Source of the DNA: Marsupella aquatica | Taxonomy: Eukaryota; Plantae; Marchantiophyta | Reading direction: 5' to 3' | DNA: 64,000 nucleotides | Assembly: GCA_973895155.1 (NCBI GenBank) | Contig: OZ316898.1 | Location: 19,851,292-19,915,291, forward strand | Shown: piece by piece, positions 1-13,100 of the stretch | Numbering within the stretch: the stretch's first letter is position 1 | How the letters are laid out: each line of letters opens with the position of its first letter | Notes under the pieces: model-generated | Seen by the model: the letters and a program-made list of their open reading frames with translations, nothing else | What the model was told of the DNA's origin: nothing | The model's database searches: none | Made by a program: the position numbers and the translations under genes

Positions 1-1326
1 TTCAACGACATCATAGCTGACAAGACCCGAGTCAACAACCTCTCTCAGCAAACCAGTACTGATAACCTCTGCATCCATCTGCCAAGAGACACAAATTAAA
101 AACCATGTATAACAAGACCTCCAAGTCGTATATTTCCAGACCCGACATGCCTGTAAGACACAAAACAGAGGCTGCCTATGTTGTAAAGTAGATTACCCAA
201 ACAAACGTAACTCCTAGGTAGGTTCACAAGAAAAAGCACCAGCCGAGGCACTTCTAATACCAGAGCGAGAGTTTTAACTTACCCCAAGATCAACTAGAGT
301 GTGAGCAACAGCTAATGCTCGAGTCAAAGGTGTCCGGCCACTATCATCTGGTGAGATTTGCTGGAATGCCATAACTGTAAGCTTCAGAGCTCGAAGAAGA
401 AGATCGGAACCACTATTTCTTGAGAACTCAGGTGGCAACCTCCCAGCCAGGCCATCCCAGGCTGCAACTAATTCGACCACTCTTCTTCCACCGGGAAGCT
501 CTGCCAGAGGTCTCAACGCTTGCAACTCACTTCTTCCCCACTCATTCTGCCCACCACTACCAAACCCAACACTGACCGTGGAGGCCTCCTCTGCTACTTC
601 AACTTCTATTACATCCTCCGAAAAATTTCTCACCACCTCTGTACCAGCAGAGTAGAAATCACTCCTCTCTGACCCGAGTGTCTGGGCCCCCAGTTGAGAT
701 CCAAAATTAGCCTCATTACTTGTTGCAGGAATGCTATCCGGCCTTCTCTGAATTTGGGGAACATTATTCCTTAGCAAACTTGACTCTAGCAACCTTCGTC
801 CGTCCTCTTCTGGTGTGGCTGAAACCCTTTGCATAGTTGCTGTAGTATTCTCCCCTCTATATTCTTCTCGTGTACTAATGTCCTCTTTGGAGACCAAACC
901 CAAGTGCTCCTCCAAGTCAACCACGCCATTCTTCCCCAAAATTTGAACCCTTCTCCGACCTTCACCATGTCGCTGCTTTCTGTTCCTATCTCTGTATTGA
1001 CCCTTTGCATTATCTGCTCCATCCTCGGTACCGGCGAGTCCATTGTCTACGACATCCTGAACACGGTATTGGACTTCGGATACATGCTTTCTTCTCGGCC
1101 CGGCTTTACCACTGGAGTCTTTCAACCCAACACTGACCCCACTTTGTCTACCATGAGAATTCCGTAATCGCACACCTGCTTCTACTCTATCTAAAGAGAA
1201 GGTCTTAATCAAATTCCCTCTGCTGTTTATATTCTTAATGTTGCTTACACTCCTCAAAGTCACGACTACTGACTCAGAGATTCCACCAATTCGCTCTGGC
1301 AGATCAACTCCTCGAAGTAATCTAAC
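1..1326 (-). CDS. CRSH: CRSH-like (Ca2+-activated RelA/SpoT homolog) gene, partial: exon 1326-283, intron 282-79, exon 78-<1; continues off the left edge; true start codon not determined
   Basis: Spliced translation ...GGRRVVELVAAWDGL...SDLLLRALKLTV...GRTPLTRALAVAHTLVDLG|MDAEVISTGLLREVVDSG resembles the degenerate HD region of plant CRSH (GGKMVVELVGAF...LLFKALKL...PLSKAL...LADLQMDAEVIS). Phase-0 intron GTAAGT(282)...GGCAG(79) joins the frames. Pyrimidine tract + CAG acceptor ends at 1327. Confidence 0.8.
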
Positions 1327-3509
1327 CTGCAGAGCGGAGAAGAAAAACAAAAGGTGAATCAGCAGCCATAAGAAGTGCACAATGACTTGCAAATGGAAAG
1401 GCATGATGACACCGACCTAATAATGCGTCCAGAAGCAGACCTATCACTAACGTCACATTACGTTTCACTACTCTCCGAGCTAATTACTTGGAGTCCCTCG
1501 GAATGTTTTGCCAAAAGAAAATCATGTGTCCTGATGATGCATGCACAGTTGGTGTTCCTGTGTTACTTGACGCAGGCTCAGCGAGCTGTTCGGCTCAGGG
1601 GTGAACAGAATTGTCAATTAGTATAATGTTGAGAACACTTTATGGTGGTTTATCAAAGTAGGTTTCCCTTCAGCATTTGTTTTTGCTCCTGCATACCACT
1701 AACAGGTTACTCGGTGGTAAATATCTGCTGGGAGGAGCTGCTCTGAAGGCAGTCCAATCAAAAACTCCGATGAGCCCGTGGCAAGGAGATAAAACCATTT
1801 GATCAACGCTTATTCAATGCCTAGATCGCCGTTTTGTAACGTAGACAACACGCTTGCTACTCTTTTCCAAATACTTTTTTCCAAATTGGCAAAATTTGTT
1901 TGGACAACTTCCACTCGTCTTCAGAATTCGAGAGAGCTCTCAGCTAGACAAACTGTGGATCGTGCATTCTATGCTGAATAACTTCCTTCAACGAACAAGA
2001 CCTTCTTCGCAAATGGATAAGTCATTCAGACTTAGTTCAGATCAACGTTGATTAATATCAATTCCGAACTATGTTTTAAAGACAGTGGCGTGGATTCTTT
2101 CATAGTGTTTCCGAAGTGCAGTGGCACTATTGCCCAGCAGGCACGCTTGCAGCCTGGGGGCAGGACATTCCAGAATCTCGCCGAGGTGAGGTGGGAGAAA
2201 TTTCAGCGAAACTAGATTTTCTAAGCTGTGCTGGTGTAATCGTGGAAACCGATCAGGATGGATTGTACCTGAGACGAGGGGCAGCAAGGCTGTGCACCAT
2301 GGATGTGCAACGAACTCACGCTACATCCGCATGGCGACATCCCTCTTCTCATCCACTCCCCCTCTAACTTGAATCCACCGGTAGAGTTCCCGTCCCACGC
2401 GCGAAATTGAATCAAGCCCAGCTCTTCCCAAGACTTGTCGGCAAATTATAGATAGAAGGACAACCAGAAGACCACGGTTGAGCTCATGCAATTCAGCTCT
2501 CAGCTTTCAGCTCTCCTTCGATCCTTCGATCCTCCTACTGTAATGTACAATACAATGCTTTGACTCGCACCCAACAACCTCACTCCAATCTTAAAAAACC
2601 CTAGAAACCCGCACCTTCTAGTGACCGCCAGAAGGAAGTTTCTCACACCACGCGGCCAAAAAAACACGAACGTGACACTAATGCGGAGGTGAGCACAGGC
2701 AGCTTGGGGAGAAGCAGAGAAATCCCCCAAAAGGAATCCACGCACGACTCGACACCTATCATGGGGAACGCAGCCAGCCGAGCAGGGCGAAGCAAGCAAG
2801 CCAAGGAGGAGACTGATTCCCGAGGAGCAAAAGAAAAGTGGATCTAGTAGTACTGACGTGGAGCGAAAGGAAGCGAACTCCCGCTGCGGATTCCTGGGCG
2901 CAAACCAGCAGACGAAAAAAAGAATGCGGATCCACCTCCTGTCACGGGGACTGACGTGGACCGAGGAGGAGTTCGGAATTGGCACAGCAATCGGACCGAA
3001 GCAAATCGGGCCGAAGCAATCGAAGAAGCGAACTCTCTTCTCGAGCTGCAGAGGAGGAGCAGAGTGCCAAATCAATGGTGTCTAGGTTCGGTTTCGGTGG
3101 ATTGCTGCTGGCCTCGAAGTGGAGCTCGAGGATTGGCGAAAGGGGGACGAACAGAGGATCCTCTGCCTCTTGTCGGGAGAGCGCACGTGGCGCTCGGCGT
3201 CCCTCACGACGCTGGGACGGAACACGGGGACGAAGGAGCGAGGGAGGTCCGGAGGCTGGTGTCCAGTCAAACCCGAGGGGTGACGGAGGTCGGGCGAATG
3301 GGAGCAAAGATGTCTATTCGGTGATGACGTGGCGTTCTTTCGTGGGGGGCCGGCGGCATCGGGACGGTCCCCGCCGGCGTGTGGCTTCCTCCCGATCTGC
3401 TACAGGGTGGGGTGGGTTACTTGGCACCACATCTTCTGAGGAGACCCTACCATGGTGGTTTTTAGTTAATGTTTTTGTTTTTTTTTTGTGTTTAGCTAGG
3501 TGGCATTGA

Positions 3510-4270
3510 AGCGCTTGTGTGAAGGAGAAGATGTTGACAAGATTCCTTATCGACTGTAGCTTTCCTTATCCTAGATGACAAGAAACTTCCACCAAAATTA
3601 ATAGATGAGGAAAAAACAAAGTAAAATGAAAGGAACGAAAGAGAGTTCCAAAGAGTAGAAACACCAAACATAGGAAAAGAAAAACAAGTGCAATTCTAGA
3701 AAAAGAAGAAGATACAGGGAAAAGTGTAAATATTACATGAGTGCGAATTCAAGTACTACTGTAGTGTTCACATTGGAAAATTTGACAAAAGCTAATGATC
3801 CACATCCAATGTCCTAACTAAATCAGAACTTGAGACAGAAATGTACTCTGAGGAGGAATGTACTTTGAGAAGGCTAGTGTCTGTCCATATAATGCGGATG
3901 GTTTGGTCTTTGTGTGTCACCTTGTGTGAAGGAGAAAGATGTTCACAAAATTATTTATCTAATTTTCCTCTATTAGTATGGAGAGTAGCTCTCCCTAGAT
4001 TGAAGGAATGTTTCATTCTAATTATCATATGCCCTTGTGTGAAGGAGAAGATGTTGACAATATTCCTTATCTAGTTTAACTAATTCTAGTCCTAGATTAT
4101 TCTAATATGGATAGTTAGTACTATTTGTGTCACCTTGTGTGAAGGAGAAAGATGCTGAGAATACTAGCTATCCAATTTTCTTTTGTATGGAGAGTTAGCT
4201 CTCCCTGGATTTAAGGGTAATTAGTTCTGGCTAATGGAGTCTGAGTGTGGCTAGGTGGAAAAATAGCTAA
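3510..4270 (+). repeat. Degenerate copies of a dispersed repeat family (core cttgtgtgaaggagaagatg), related to 55700-55850 and 57880-58680
   Basis: The core motif recurs at ~3514, 3920, 4034 and 4133, and again in the 57.9-58.7 kb array. Confidence 0.6.
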
Positions 4271-7030
4271 TTAAAGACTGGCCATGTGTTGCACAAGTGA
4301 CTAAGATTTCTCAGTGAGGGGGACTCTTGCTAATTTTTGCCACTAGAAGCAAAATTGGACCCTACTCCCTACCATACCCAAGGAGCAAGAGGTAGTTGTC
4401 CACATCCTTTGCAAAAGCCTGGCTATACAAGCAATAACACCATGTAGAAAGGAGATTATATTGAGTTAAACAAGGGAGTGCAATGAAGGGTAATCAGTAC
4501 TCCTATTAACCCAAAATTTAGTTTGTAGACCCCTTATTTACTAGAGAGTATGCTATTGTTAGGCATTTACTCTTACGTCTAGGGTTACGATTGGAACCAT
4601 AGGTACGCCTAACCTTAGTCGCAAACTTGGTTAGGTTAGTCATGATGTACATTATATCCCAAGCGGTGTTTGTTGGGATAGAAGAAACTTAGGCTCATTG
4701 TTACAAAGCCAGTTGAGAGGATAGGGAGATCTTATATTGCAAAGACTTGGTATGGCCAACGGGCCTGGAGTGCAAATAATAAGCTCTCGTCCACGTGTTC
4801 CCGTGAATGTAGCCTGAGCTGAGGTGAACTGTGTATCTTTCTGTGTCACTTGTGCATTGGATGATTGGGTTTGTCATTGTGAATGTTATCTTTGCTCAAC
4901 AACTATCAATACCCTACAATTTCTCTTCTTTCGCTCCTGGGGAAATGAAGTAAAGAACATCACGGGAACAATATTGGGCATAAGTAGCCAACATTTGCCT
5001 TTAGTTGTAGTTTAATTTCCTTTATCTTCAAAGATCTGATAGTTGTCCTGAAGATCAAGAAATATCATAGGGTTTCCATAATACTAATAGTATTTATTTG
5101 TTTTAACCTTTGTGTTTCCTACTACATGTCCCCCTCATTGGATTCATGCGCGCCAAAAAACAATCTACCACAACTTCTCACTCCTAGGCTTCAATTGATT
5201 CATACATTGAACTTTCAAATTTCAATAGTAGTGGCCAACCCTAGGAAACAAAAGCTCAACTAAAAATCAACAAAAGTGGAAATTACTCAGTCAGTGGCTA
5301 AAGCTCAACAAAGCCCAACTAAATCTAAAGTTGCAACCTTATATTTCTTTCCACCCATGATACCTCTCACTGTTATGCTTTACTCTCCCAGTCCTAGCTT
5401 TCATTGTTCCTTTGTTGTTAGTTTAGAGTGCACACCATCACATTAATTATCAACATCTGATTTCATTCGTCAACAGCTTAAGAAATGTGACGGAGTGTGA
5501 GATGGAGTGCACCTTTTCTTGTGACCATTGTGCACCGTTGTCCACCATCCTCTTAGTTTGTTAGTCAATGATCAATCAAATGTGTGAATCAATTAGACCT
5601 AACAGCTAAAATGACTGGTTATTGTTTTTTAAGTAAACAAATTCAATAAAAAAACGTACTCATTTTACTTGCTCAAACGTAAACAAATTGCTACAATTTG
5701 TTACTTTTTTTCCCCCACTCTTTGCCATCTGATATGTGAATCATTTATTGATTTTCCCAAAATTTTAATGTTTCCAAGTCTAACTGGTCATCTGGTGTCA
5801 CCACCAAACAGTAAGGGCCACGTTTGTTACTAGCCACAAACACTATCATCCATGTTTGTGGCAGAAACCACTGAGGTGGCACGATGATGTGCTAAATTTT
5901 TTGGAAAGAACTTGTTATGGGGGCCCATGCAATGAGTGTGTAAATTCTTGCACCATCACAACGTGACTCGAGAAACTCTACTAGTAGACAGTCAAAGTTG
6001 TGGGGAAATGTTGTGAACTCAACATTGTATCATTGTGGTTGCCCATTCAATCTGCGCCAACAGAATGGCTGGTGACTCCGGCATCCCAAAGTAGTTCTGG
6101 CAGTGTGAGACCATAAAACCCATAGTGGTTCAACTCAGAGTCTTAGCCTGGATTTGTGCCTTAGTAAGTTAGAGTTGACTCAACTCCATTTGGCCTACCT
6201 ACAACTCTATAGTGTTCTTTTTTAGTTTTTGCGAGGGTTGATCGAATGGACTTGAATGTACTAAGGCTGTGTTGTCTTTAGGGTGACTCTGAGTCAAACT
6301 GAATGTTTCCGGCCTTACAAACTTAAATTAGTAACAAGATTTCCAAATAGCTAATTCACAAACATTTATTTTTACCCTGACAATGACATTCTTGCCTCAT
6401 TTTGTTATTGGGGACCGTCATAACAAAGGTGCCAGCCTAGCTTGTGTATCCTGAAACCCCCTCATTAAATAGCATGTTCAGCCTGAAACATGCTTCATTT
6501 TAGTCTTGTAGTGATGTGTAAGTGATCTAATTTGTTTAGGGGATAAAACATCTTAAGAATGTATGGGAGAGGCTAGGCACGTAGATGGCTTTGGTTGAGT
6601 TTTACATATTACTGTCTTCAAGAAAGCTTTCTTACAATTGCTAAAACCAAGTGATGAGAGTACGTGCATTGCAGAGGAAGTGCTCCAGCAGTTGTACTAC
6701 TAAAGAATATACTAAAGATCTTTAGTGTGAACTGAACTAGGTTGCAATTAATATAATCAGGGAAGTACATATGCTTTGGATATAATTTTTTCCAAGTAAA
6801 TGTACTGAAGCACAAGTTATCCCCAATAGTAGCTGTAAATGTACTGAAGCACAAGTTATCCCCAATAGTAGCCTCACTCATTGACTAAGAAAGACCCTGC
6901 CTTTGTGTACAGTTATATATATGTATATGTTTACATAGTAAAAGCTTGATAACCCTAGTTACACTAATAATGTACCCCACTTAGTGGCTAAGAACAAACC
7001 TTACCATTAGTGCGATCAGTAGTAGGAGTT

Positions 7031-7440
7031 CTACAATGCAACCATCAGGACCCAAAGCACAGTTAGAAATAATGTCGATGACTGACAACACAGCCCAGAG
7101 CCCATTATGCTGCACAGGCCATAGGAGTCCCCCGAGGAGTTCTTGGGCATGGCAAAGGAATTGAACTTTCCCACACCCTTAGGTTGTTCCATCAAGCACC
7201 TGTACAACTTTTGAATCTTGGAAGGACAATGCATAGAGGAGAGTGCCAAATTTGAGTGGTATTTCTGATAGATTGGTTTGAAATTGTTGGAGCGCAATTT
7301 TTGAATGGGGGAAGATGTTTGAAGCTAATCTTCTGTACGTGAGCTTTGGTGGCCGGGGCTTAACTGGTTTGAAAGTGTTCGAGCGCAGTATTTGAACAGG
7401 GGAAGAGGTTTGATGCTAATCTTTTGTACTTGAGCTTTGG
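7031..7440 (-). pseudogene. Degraded LRR receptor-like (RLK/RLP) fragment
   Basis: Frame-broken peptides TNLSEIPLKFGTL, ...WNNLR..., GKFNSF...GDSYGLCS (resembles the GxFxxF...GNxGLCG LRR C-cap), followed by hydrophobic TLFLTVLWVLMVAL. Confidence 0.3.
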
Positions 7441-8716
7441 TTTGGAACTGTTGCAAGAATTTATCTAAAAGTAAGTACGTTAATTGTCATGTTGTTCCTC
7501 ATCTGGTCCTTCCATACAAGGTAAGTTGGTCCAAGTATGAGTACACATGTGTTTCCTCTCCTGGCTACAGTTTGTTGATTGAGATCTGTCTGTCGTATAA
7601 CAAACATCGATCATCAAAACCAGAGCTTAATGAGAGCTTAATAATCTAAGGTGTGGTAAATGGGTTGACCATATGTACTATGCTGTCCCGGCATTCCCTT
7701 CATGCTTGTTTGTTTGAAAGCAGAAAAAATATTTAATTAGCCAAGTTGGTTTTTGTTGGTTGGTAGATCATTTGAAGTCATTGGAGTCAGAATAAGTGAG
7801 ATTTTTCAAGCCAATACTTAATGGATAGGAAATTCTTTGCAGTACAGATTGTAGCACAACCACACTGGATGTGTTTATAGGCAAAATATTCCCTAAACTG
7901 GAGTTTTCCTTGTGAATATAGAGAATCCTTTCCCGCATGATAAGATGAGGAGTCATCTAGAGGAAGTTGTGGTGACATCCCTGAGTAACCTTTTGTGTAT
8001 CAATTGTCGGTTTCAAACCAGGCTCAAGGGGCCTGTGTAGATCAACCAGATCAGATGGCCGACACCTTCAACAATCATTAATTGTACTATTTTCACAGGT
8101 GAACAAAAAACATCTATTGTCATCAAAGCATGCTATGTTTCCTCCATTAGTAAGTTCACCAATAGACCTATATAATGCATTTCTTAGTAACCAGAACTTT
8201 CAAAACGACTGACTAAATTGGGTTGAACTTAAATAATGATTTTATGAGTATAACTCCCTCATTTTGAGTGTTTAAAAGTGAAGATGAGGATTCAAGAACA
8301 AAAACAGCCAAATCTCCCCATCCATAGTTTCATAGTATCTGGTTTGATTGTTGAGTTGTACAAACATAGAAATTGTCAGGACGTTGCAAACATCTCAAGG
8401 ACAGTGTTCTTGAAGAGTTTAATTTTTACTTGCCATATCTGTCCAACCATATCTGGAGTTCAGTCTAGAGGACCAGTGCATCAGTAAAGGTCTCGAAAAT
8501 GGTTTTGCTTGTGGTAAGTTTGTAAATCGAATATATTCTGGAGTTAAGTCTGGAATATCATTCTATGTAGCTGATGGACATCCCTCACATTCTTCTTCTT
8601 CTTCTCTTCTTCTTCTTCTTCTTCTTCTTTGTAGAAGATTTATGCAAAGATATGACAATCTCTTTCCCCTTTTCCTCAGACCAATCTTTGCGGACATCAA
8701 AGAATAAGGAGTTCAG

Positions 8717-8826
8717 TGTTAGACTCTACCTCTAGCCGAATGACTGGACCAGCCAGTCACCAGACATGACTATATGTACCACCACTCATGGCTATTCAGA
8801 TATTCATTCTCATTCAGACTCTAATA
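8717..8826 (+). repeat. 5' LTR (TG...TA)
   Basis: tgttagactct...cagactctaata; 108/110 identical to the 3' LTR. Confidence 0.95.
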
Positions 8827-8840
8827 CGTTATCAGCACGA
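8827..8840 (+). promoter_or_regulatory. Primer binding site CGTTATCAGCACGA (half-tRNA-Ile type)
   Basis: Immediately follows the 5' LTR. Its reverse complement TCGTGCTGATAACG matches the tRNA-Ile(AAU) anticodon arm TCGTGCTAATAACG as I recall it, with G at wobble position 34. Confidence 0.7.
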
Positions 8841-10104
8841 GGGCTCACCGAGCGGAGCAAAAGGAGAATCGAGAAGAAAACCTATGGCGAATTGAGTAAG
8901 GATCGAGTAAGAAGAAATTAAAGAGAACCAGCCAGAAGCATATGAAAATTAATAAGGCGGAAGCAGCAGAAACGCACTGATTCATAAGGACACCGAGAAG
9001 CGAAAAGATCGATGCGGATCAAGAACACAATAAGGAGAAGCATGCTGAGAAGAAAATTGATCAGAACAGCATCGACAACTGAGAACTGAAAAGAGTCCAA
9101 TCGAAATCACCTTCTGAAGAGAAAGAATGGACGAGAGGCACTGTGAGGACCGATTCCTCAAGAAAATTATTGTGAGAAGAAAAAGAGGCAACGGGACCCA
9201 TTCATCGAATCAAAACTGCAGCATATCGATCAAAAGCAGTTAACGACCGGGGCAGCAAGGAGGCAGATTAACAAAGTAAAAGAGAAAACTTTAGAAGCAA
9301 AAACTGATCGAAGCCACAAACAGAAAGAGAGCACAAATCGTTGCAGAGGCCGATTGGAATCTAAAGGACAAGCGCAAACCCCTGGAAACCTGATCGAACA
9401 ACGGCAGCAGATAGAGGAAGAGAGCTCGAAGTTGAAGCGGAGGCACTGAGATTCGAAAGGGTGAGAGAGAGGCAGCCACCACCTCAATCCCCATAAGGAC
9501 ATAACACACAGGATTGGAACCTGAGAAAAAAGCAAAACGATTAGAAGAGGAGGACAAAAACGAAAGAATCGAAGCAGTAACAGTCACGGAAGGCCGGAGC
9601 TACAGCAAAGACCGCAGAGGAGCTTGGAAGGAGGTCGTTGAAATCAAAATTTCGCAAAATCAATCAAAAAACGTCGAGAAACCGCCGCTAAGTCAAAGAG
9701 ATTTCAGTTACAAAGGAAAAGTTGCACTTAACCATAACTGCAAAACCTAAGCGCACATCTGCATAACTGCACACCGTAACCAAGAAAAATTTACTTTACA
9801 AAGCTGCATGTGCACTTAACCAAGGCATGAGTATATTACCACCCATAACTGCACAAACTGCACAATTCCATTACTGCATAGTTTAACAAAGGAAAAAGAA
9901 AATACAAAGGAAACTTTGCAGTTAACCAAATAGCAAGGAAAACCTAAATCCTAAGTGCAAACCCTAAAATTGAATTCTGGATTTGCATGCTCTCTCCACC
10001 CAGCCCCACCTTGCATGCCGCAGAAATATGCTTTGTCATTTCCTACTATACTTACTAGTATATAAGCCTCAAACACCATCAAAAGGAATCAAGCCACCAC
10101 CCCG

Positions 10105-13100
10105 ATGACCAACCTCGAAAAATTAACTTTTCCAGCCCTAGACATCAATGGTAGCAACTACCTGGAATGGTCAATGAACCTCAGAGAGAATCTAACCTCG
10201 CTAACCCTACTCCCAGCTATAGGGATGGCTCAACCTATACTAGTCGGCGAACCCCAACCAGACCCGTTAACTAAAGCCAACGAATCTAAGGCTCTCATAT
10301 TCCTAAGACGCCATATCCATAGATTCCTGCAAAGACAATACATGCACCTCTCAACCCCTCGTGAACTATGGACAGCGCTCCAAACCCGATTCGACCACCA
10401 AAAACTGGTTGAACTACCTAAAGCCAGGCAAGACTGGCTAAACCTGTGAGTTCAGGACTTTACCTCTATTTCAGCATACAATAGCGAACTCTTTAGAATA
10501 ACATCAATCCTCGCACTATGTGGCGAGCCGGTCACAGACAAGGATCTGCTAGAGAAGACCTTGTCGACATTTCATTCATCGAATGTGTGGCTATCAACAC
10601 AGTATCAAAACATGAAGTTTGGGCAATACTCCGAGCTCATAGCCCACCTCCTAGTCACCGAAAGAAACCAAGAACTTCTTTTAGTAAACTCTAGAAAACT
10701 ACCTGCGGGCACACTGCCCTCAGGACAACAGAATGAAACCCATAACATAGAAAATGATGAACCCTCCACATCGAGGCAAGGCATTAAACGCACTAAGAAT
10801 AGCAACCGGAGAAACACCCACAACAGGGGGAGTTTCTATAACCAACGTCCACAATATAACTACCAACGAACCTTTAGAGGACGTGGTGGATGAGAAGGAC
10901 GTGGAGGACGAGGAGAATGAGGAGGACATGGCGGACGTGGCGGACGCGGAGGATGCAGCGGTGGTAGAACATATAACAACAACCGTAGAAATGATTGGTC
11001 ACAATCCCGACAACAACGGGAACGACCGAAATGCCATGAATGTGGCATGACAAACCACCTAGCGAGAAACTGTAGAATCCCGCAATACCTTAGAGATCTA
11101 TACCAACGGTCCATCCAGGATGGACAAGCCTCTAGGCCACCACCCCGTGAAACCCACGGGGCGTTCATGGAGTCTAGTGACCCATTCCAAGACTTTTCAG
11201 ACCTACCTGTCCAACCCGAGGCACACTTAGTGGCAAGTAGCTCCACTACACCAGATTTAAATAGTCCAAGCACATGTATTATCGACAGTGCAACCACGCA
11301 TACTATCCTCAGGGATAGGCACCTTTTCCACAAGATTACACCCTCACGTAGATCCTTGACCACTATAAATGGCCCTAGCCAAATAGAAGAAGGCTTCAGC
11401 CCAGCTTCCATTAGACTACCGTAGGGTACAACGATTCACATAGAATCTACCATTTTCGCCCCGAACGCAACCCGTAATCTCCTCAGTTTTAGAGATATAC
11501 GAGCAAATGGACTACATGTCCAGACGGGCGACACAAGAGACCAGGAAGTGATACACTTGGTTGAAAATACCCCTACGGGGAAAATCATTAAAGAAACACT
11601 TTTCTCGTATCCTTGCGGGTTTTATGTAACTCATATTGAATGCCTGCATAACAATGCCAACACAAGCGAATTGCATGCGCTTTGGCATGCACGCCTCGGC
11701 CACCCCGGCCAATCAATGCTAACCAAAATCATTAAGAATTCAAGAGGCATTCCAATCAATACACGCCAATTTCCAGCGAGCACCCCATGCACTGCATGCT
11801 CACGCGGCAAATTAATAACAAGGCCCACGGCATCAAAATTGTCAACTAAAATACCCCAATTCTTGGAAATAATCCATGCAAATGTTTGCGGGCCAATTAA
11901 CCCTCCAAGCGGACCTTTCCGCTACTTTATTGTATTAATCGACGCATCAACTAAATGGTCAAATGTGACACTGCTTTCAACGAGGAACATGGTTATGCCT
12001 CGGATTTTGGCGCAAATCCTGCGCGTGAAAGCACAATTCCCAGACCACCCCATTAAGACACTAAGAGTGGACAATGCAGGGGAATTTTGCACATCACTTG
12101 GCATAGACGTACAATATCCTGTACCTCACGTGCATTTTTAGAACGGATTAGCTGAAGCGGTCATTAAACGCCTTCAGTTAATGGCACGCCCACTACTAAT
12201 GCAATCAAAACTCTCAGTCTCAGCATGGGGACAAGCCATATTACAGGCCAATGCATTAATTCAATACCGCCCATCGGCTTTTAATACCTATAGCCCATAT
12301 CAAATTGCTAATGGTATAAAACCTGACTTATCCCACCTTCATTCATTTGGATGTCAAGTAATGGTCCCCATTACTCCACCCAAACGAACCAAGATGGGAC
12401 CCCAACGACAGTTGGGGATATACATCGGATTCGACTCTCCGTCCATAATCCGATATATGGAGCCTACAACTGGCGATGTTTTTAAATCCAGATTTCTAGA
12501 TTGCCATTTCGATGAAAATGCTTATCCACCATTAATAACCCCTGAACACCCACAACCACCTTTGGAGTGGGAAAGACATTCGCCATTTTGGCAAGACCTT
12601 CGAACCAATCAAGGGGAGAAAGAAGTTCAGCGAATTTTGCAACTCCACAAGATTGTGGAAGAACTTCCAGACGCTTTTGTCGATACATCACAAGTTACCC
12701 GCTCACATATTCAAGCTGCGAGAGCATCTGCCCGCATTGAATTATCAAATGAGCCAGAAAGTACATCCCAACCTCGTGCAAAATGAGGTAGACCCTTGGG
12801 ATCAAAAGATAAACAACCACGAAGGCGTGGTTCATCTATACCACCTTCACCTGATGTCGATCATACCGAATCTACATCCCATGAAGAGATTTCTATCCAC
12901 TACGCACACACCGGTACGATGTGGGATAGAAATACTACTTCAATAGATGATGCTTTTGCATTAATGGTGGCAACACATATCACTGATGATACACCCGAAC
13001 CAATATCTATCTTAGAATGCCAAAACAGACCAGACTGGCTTGAATGGCAAAAAGCTATAAATGGAGAATTAGATTCCCTACTCAGCAGACACACTTTTGG

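Noticed and set aside
274-2400. LINE ORF1 interpretation of the left-edge ORF
   Set aside because: It splices into a CRSH-like HD region, and no endonuclease or RT was found.
2500-3509. Overlapping GC-rich ORFs
   Set aside because: No recognisable domain; more likely the promoter or 5' UTR of the CRSH-like gene.
4300-5170. Possible solo LTR
   Set aside because: No partner LTR, clear termini or TSD could be identified.
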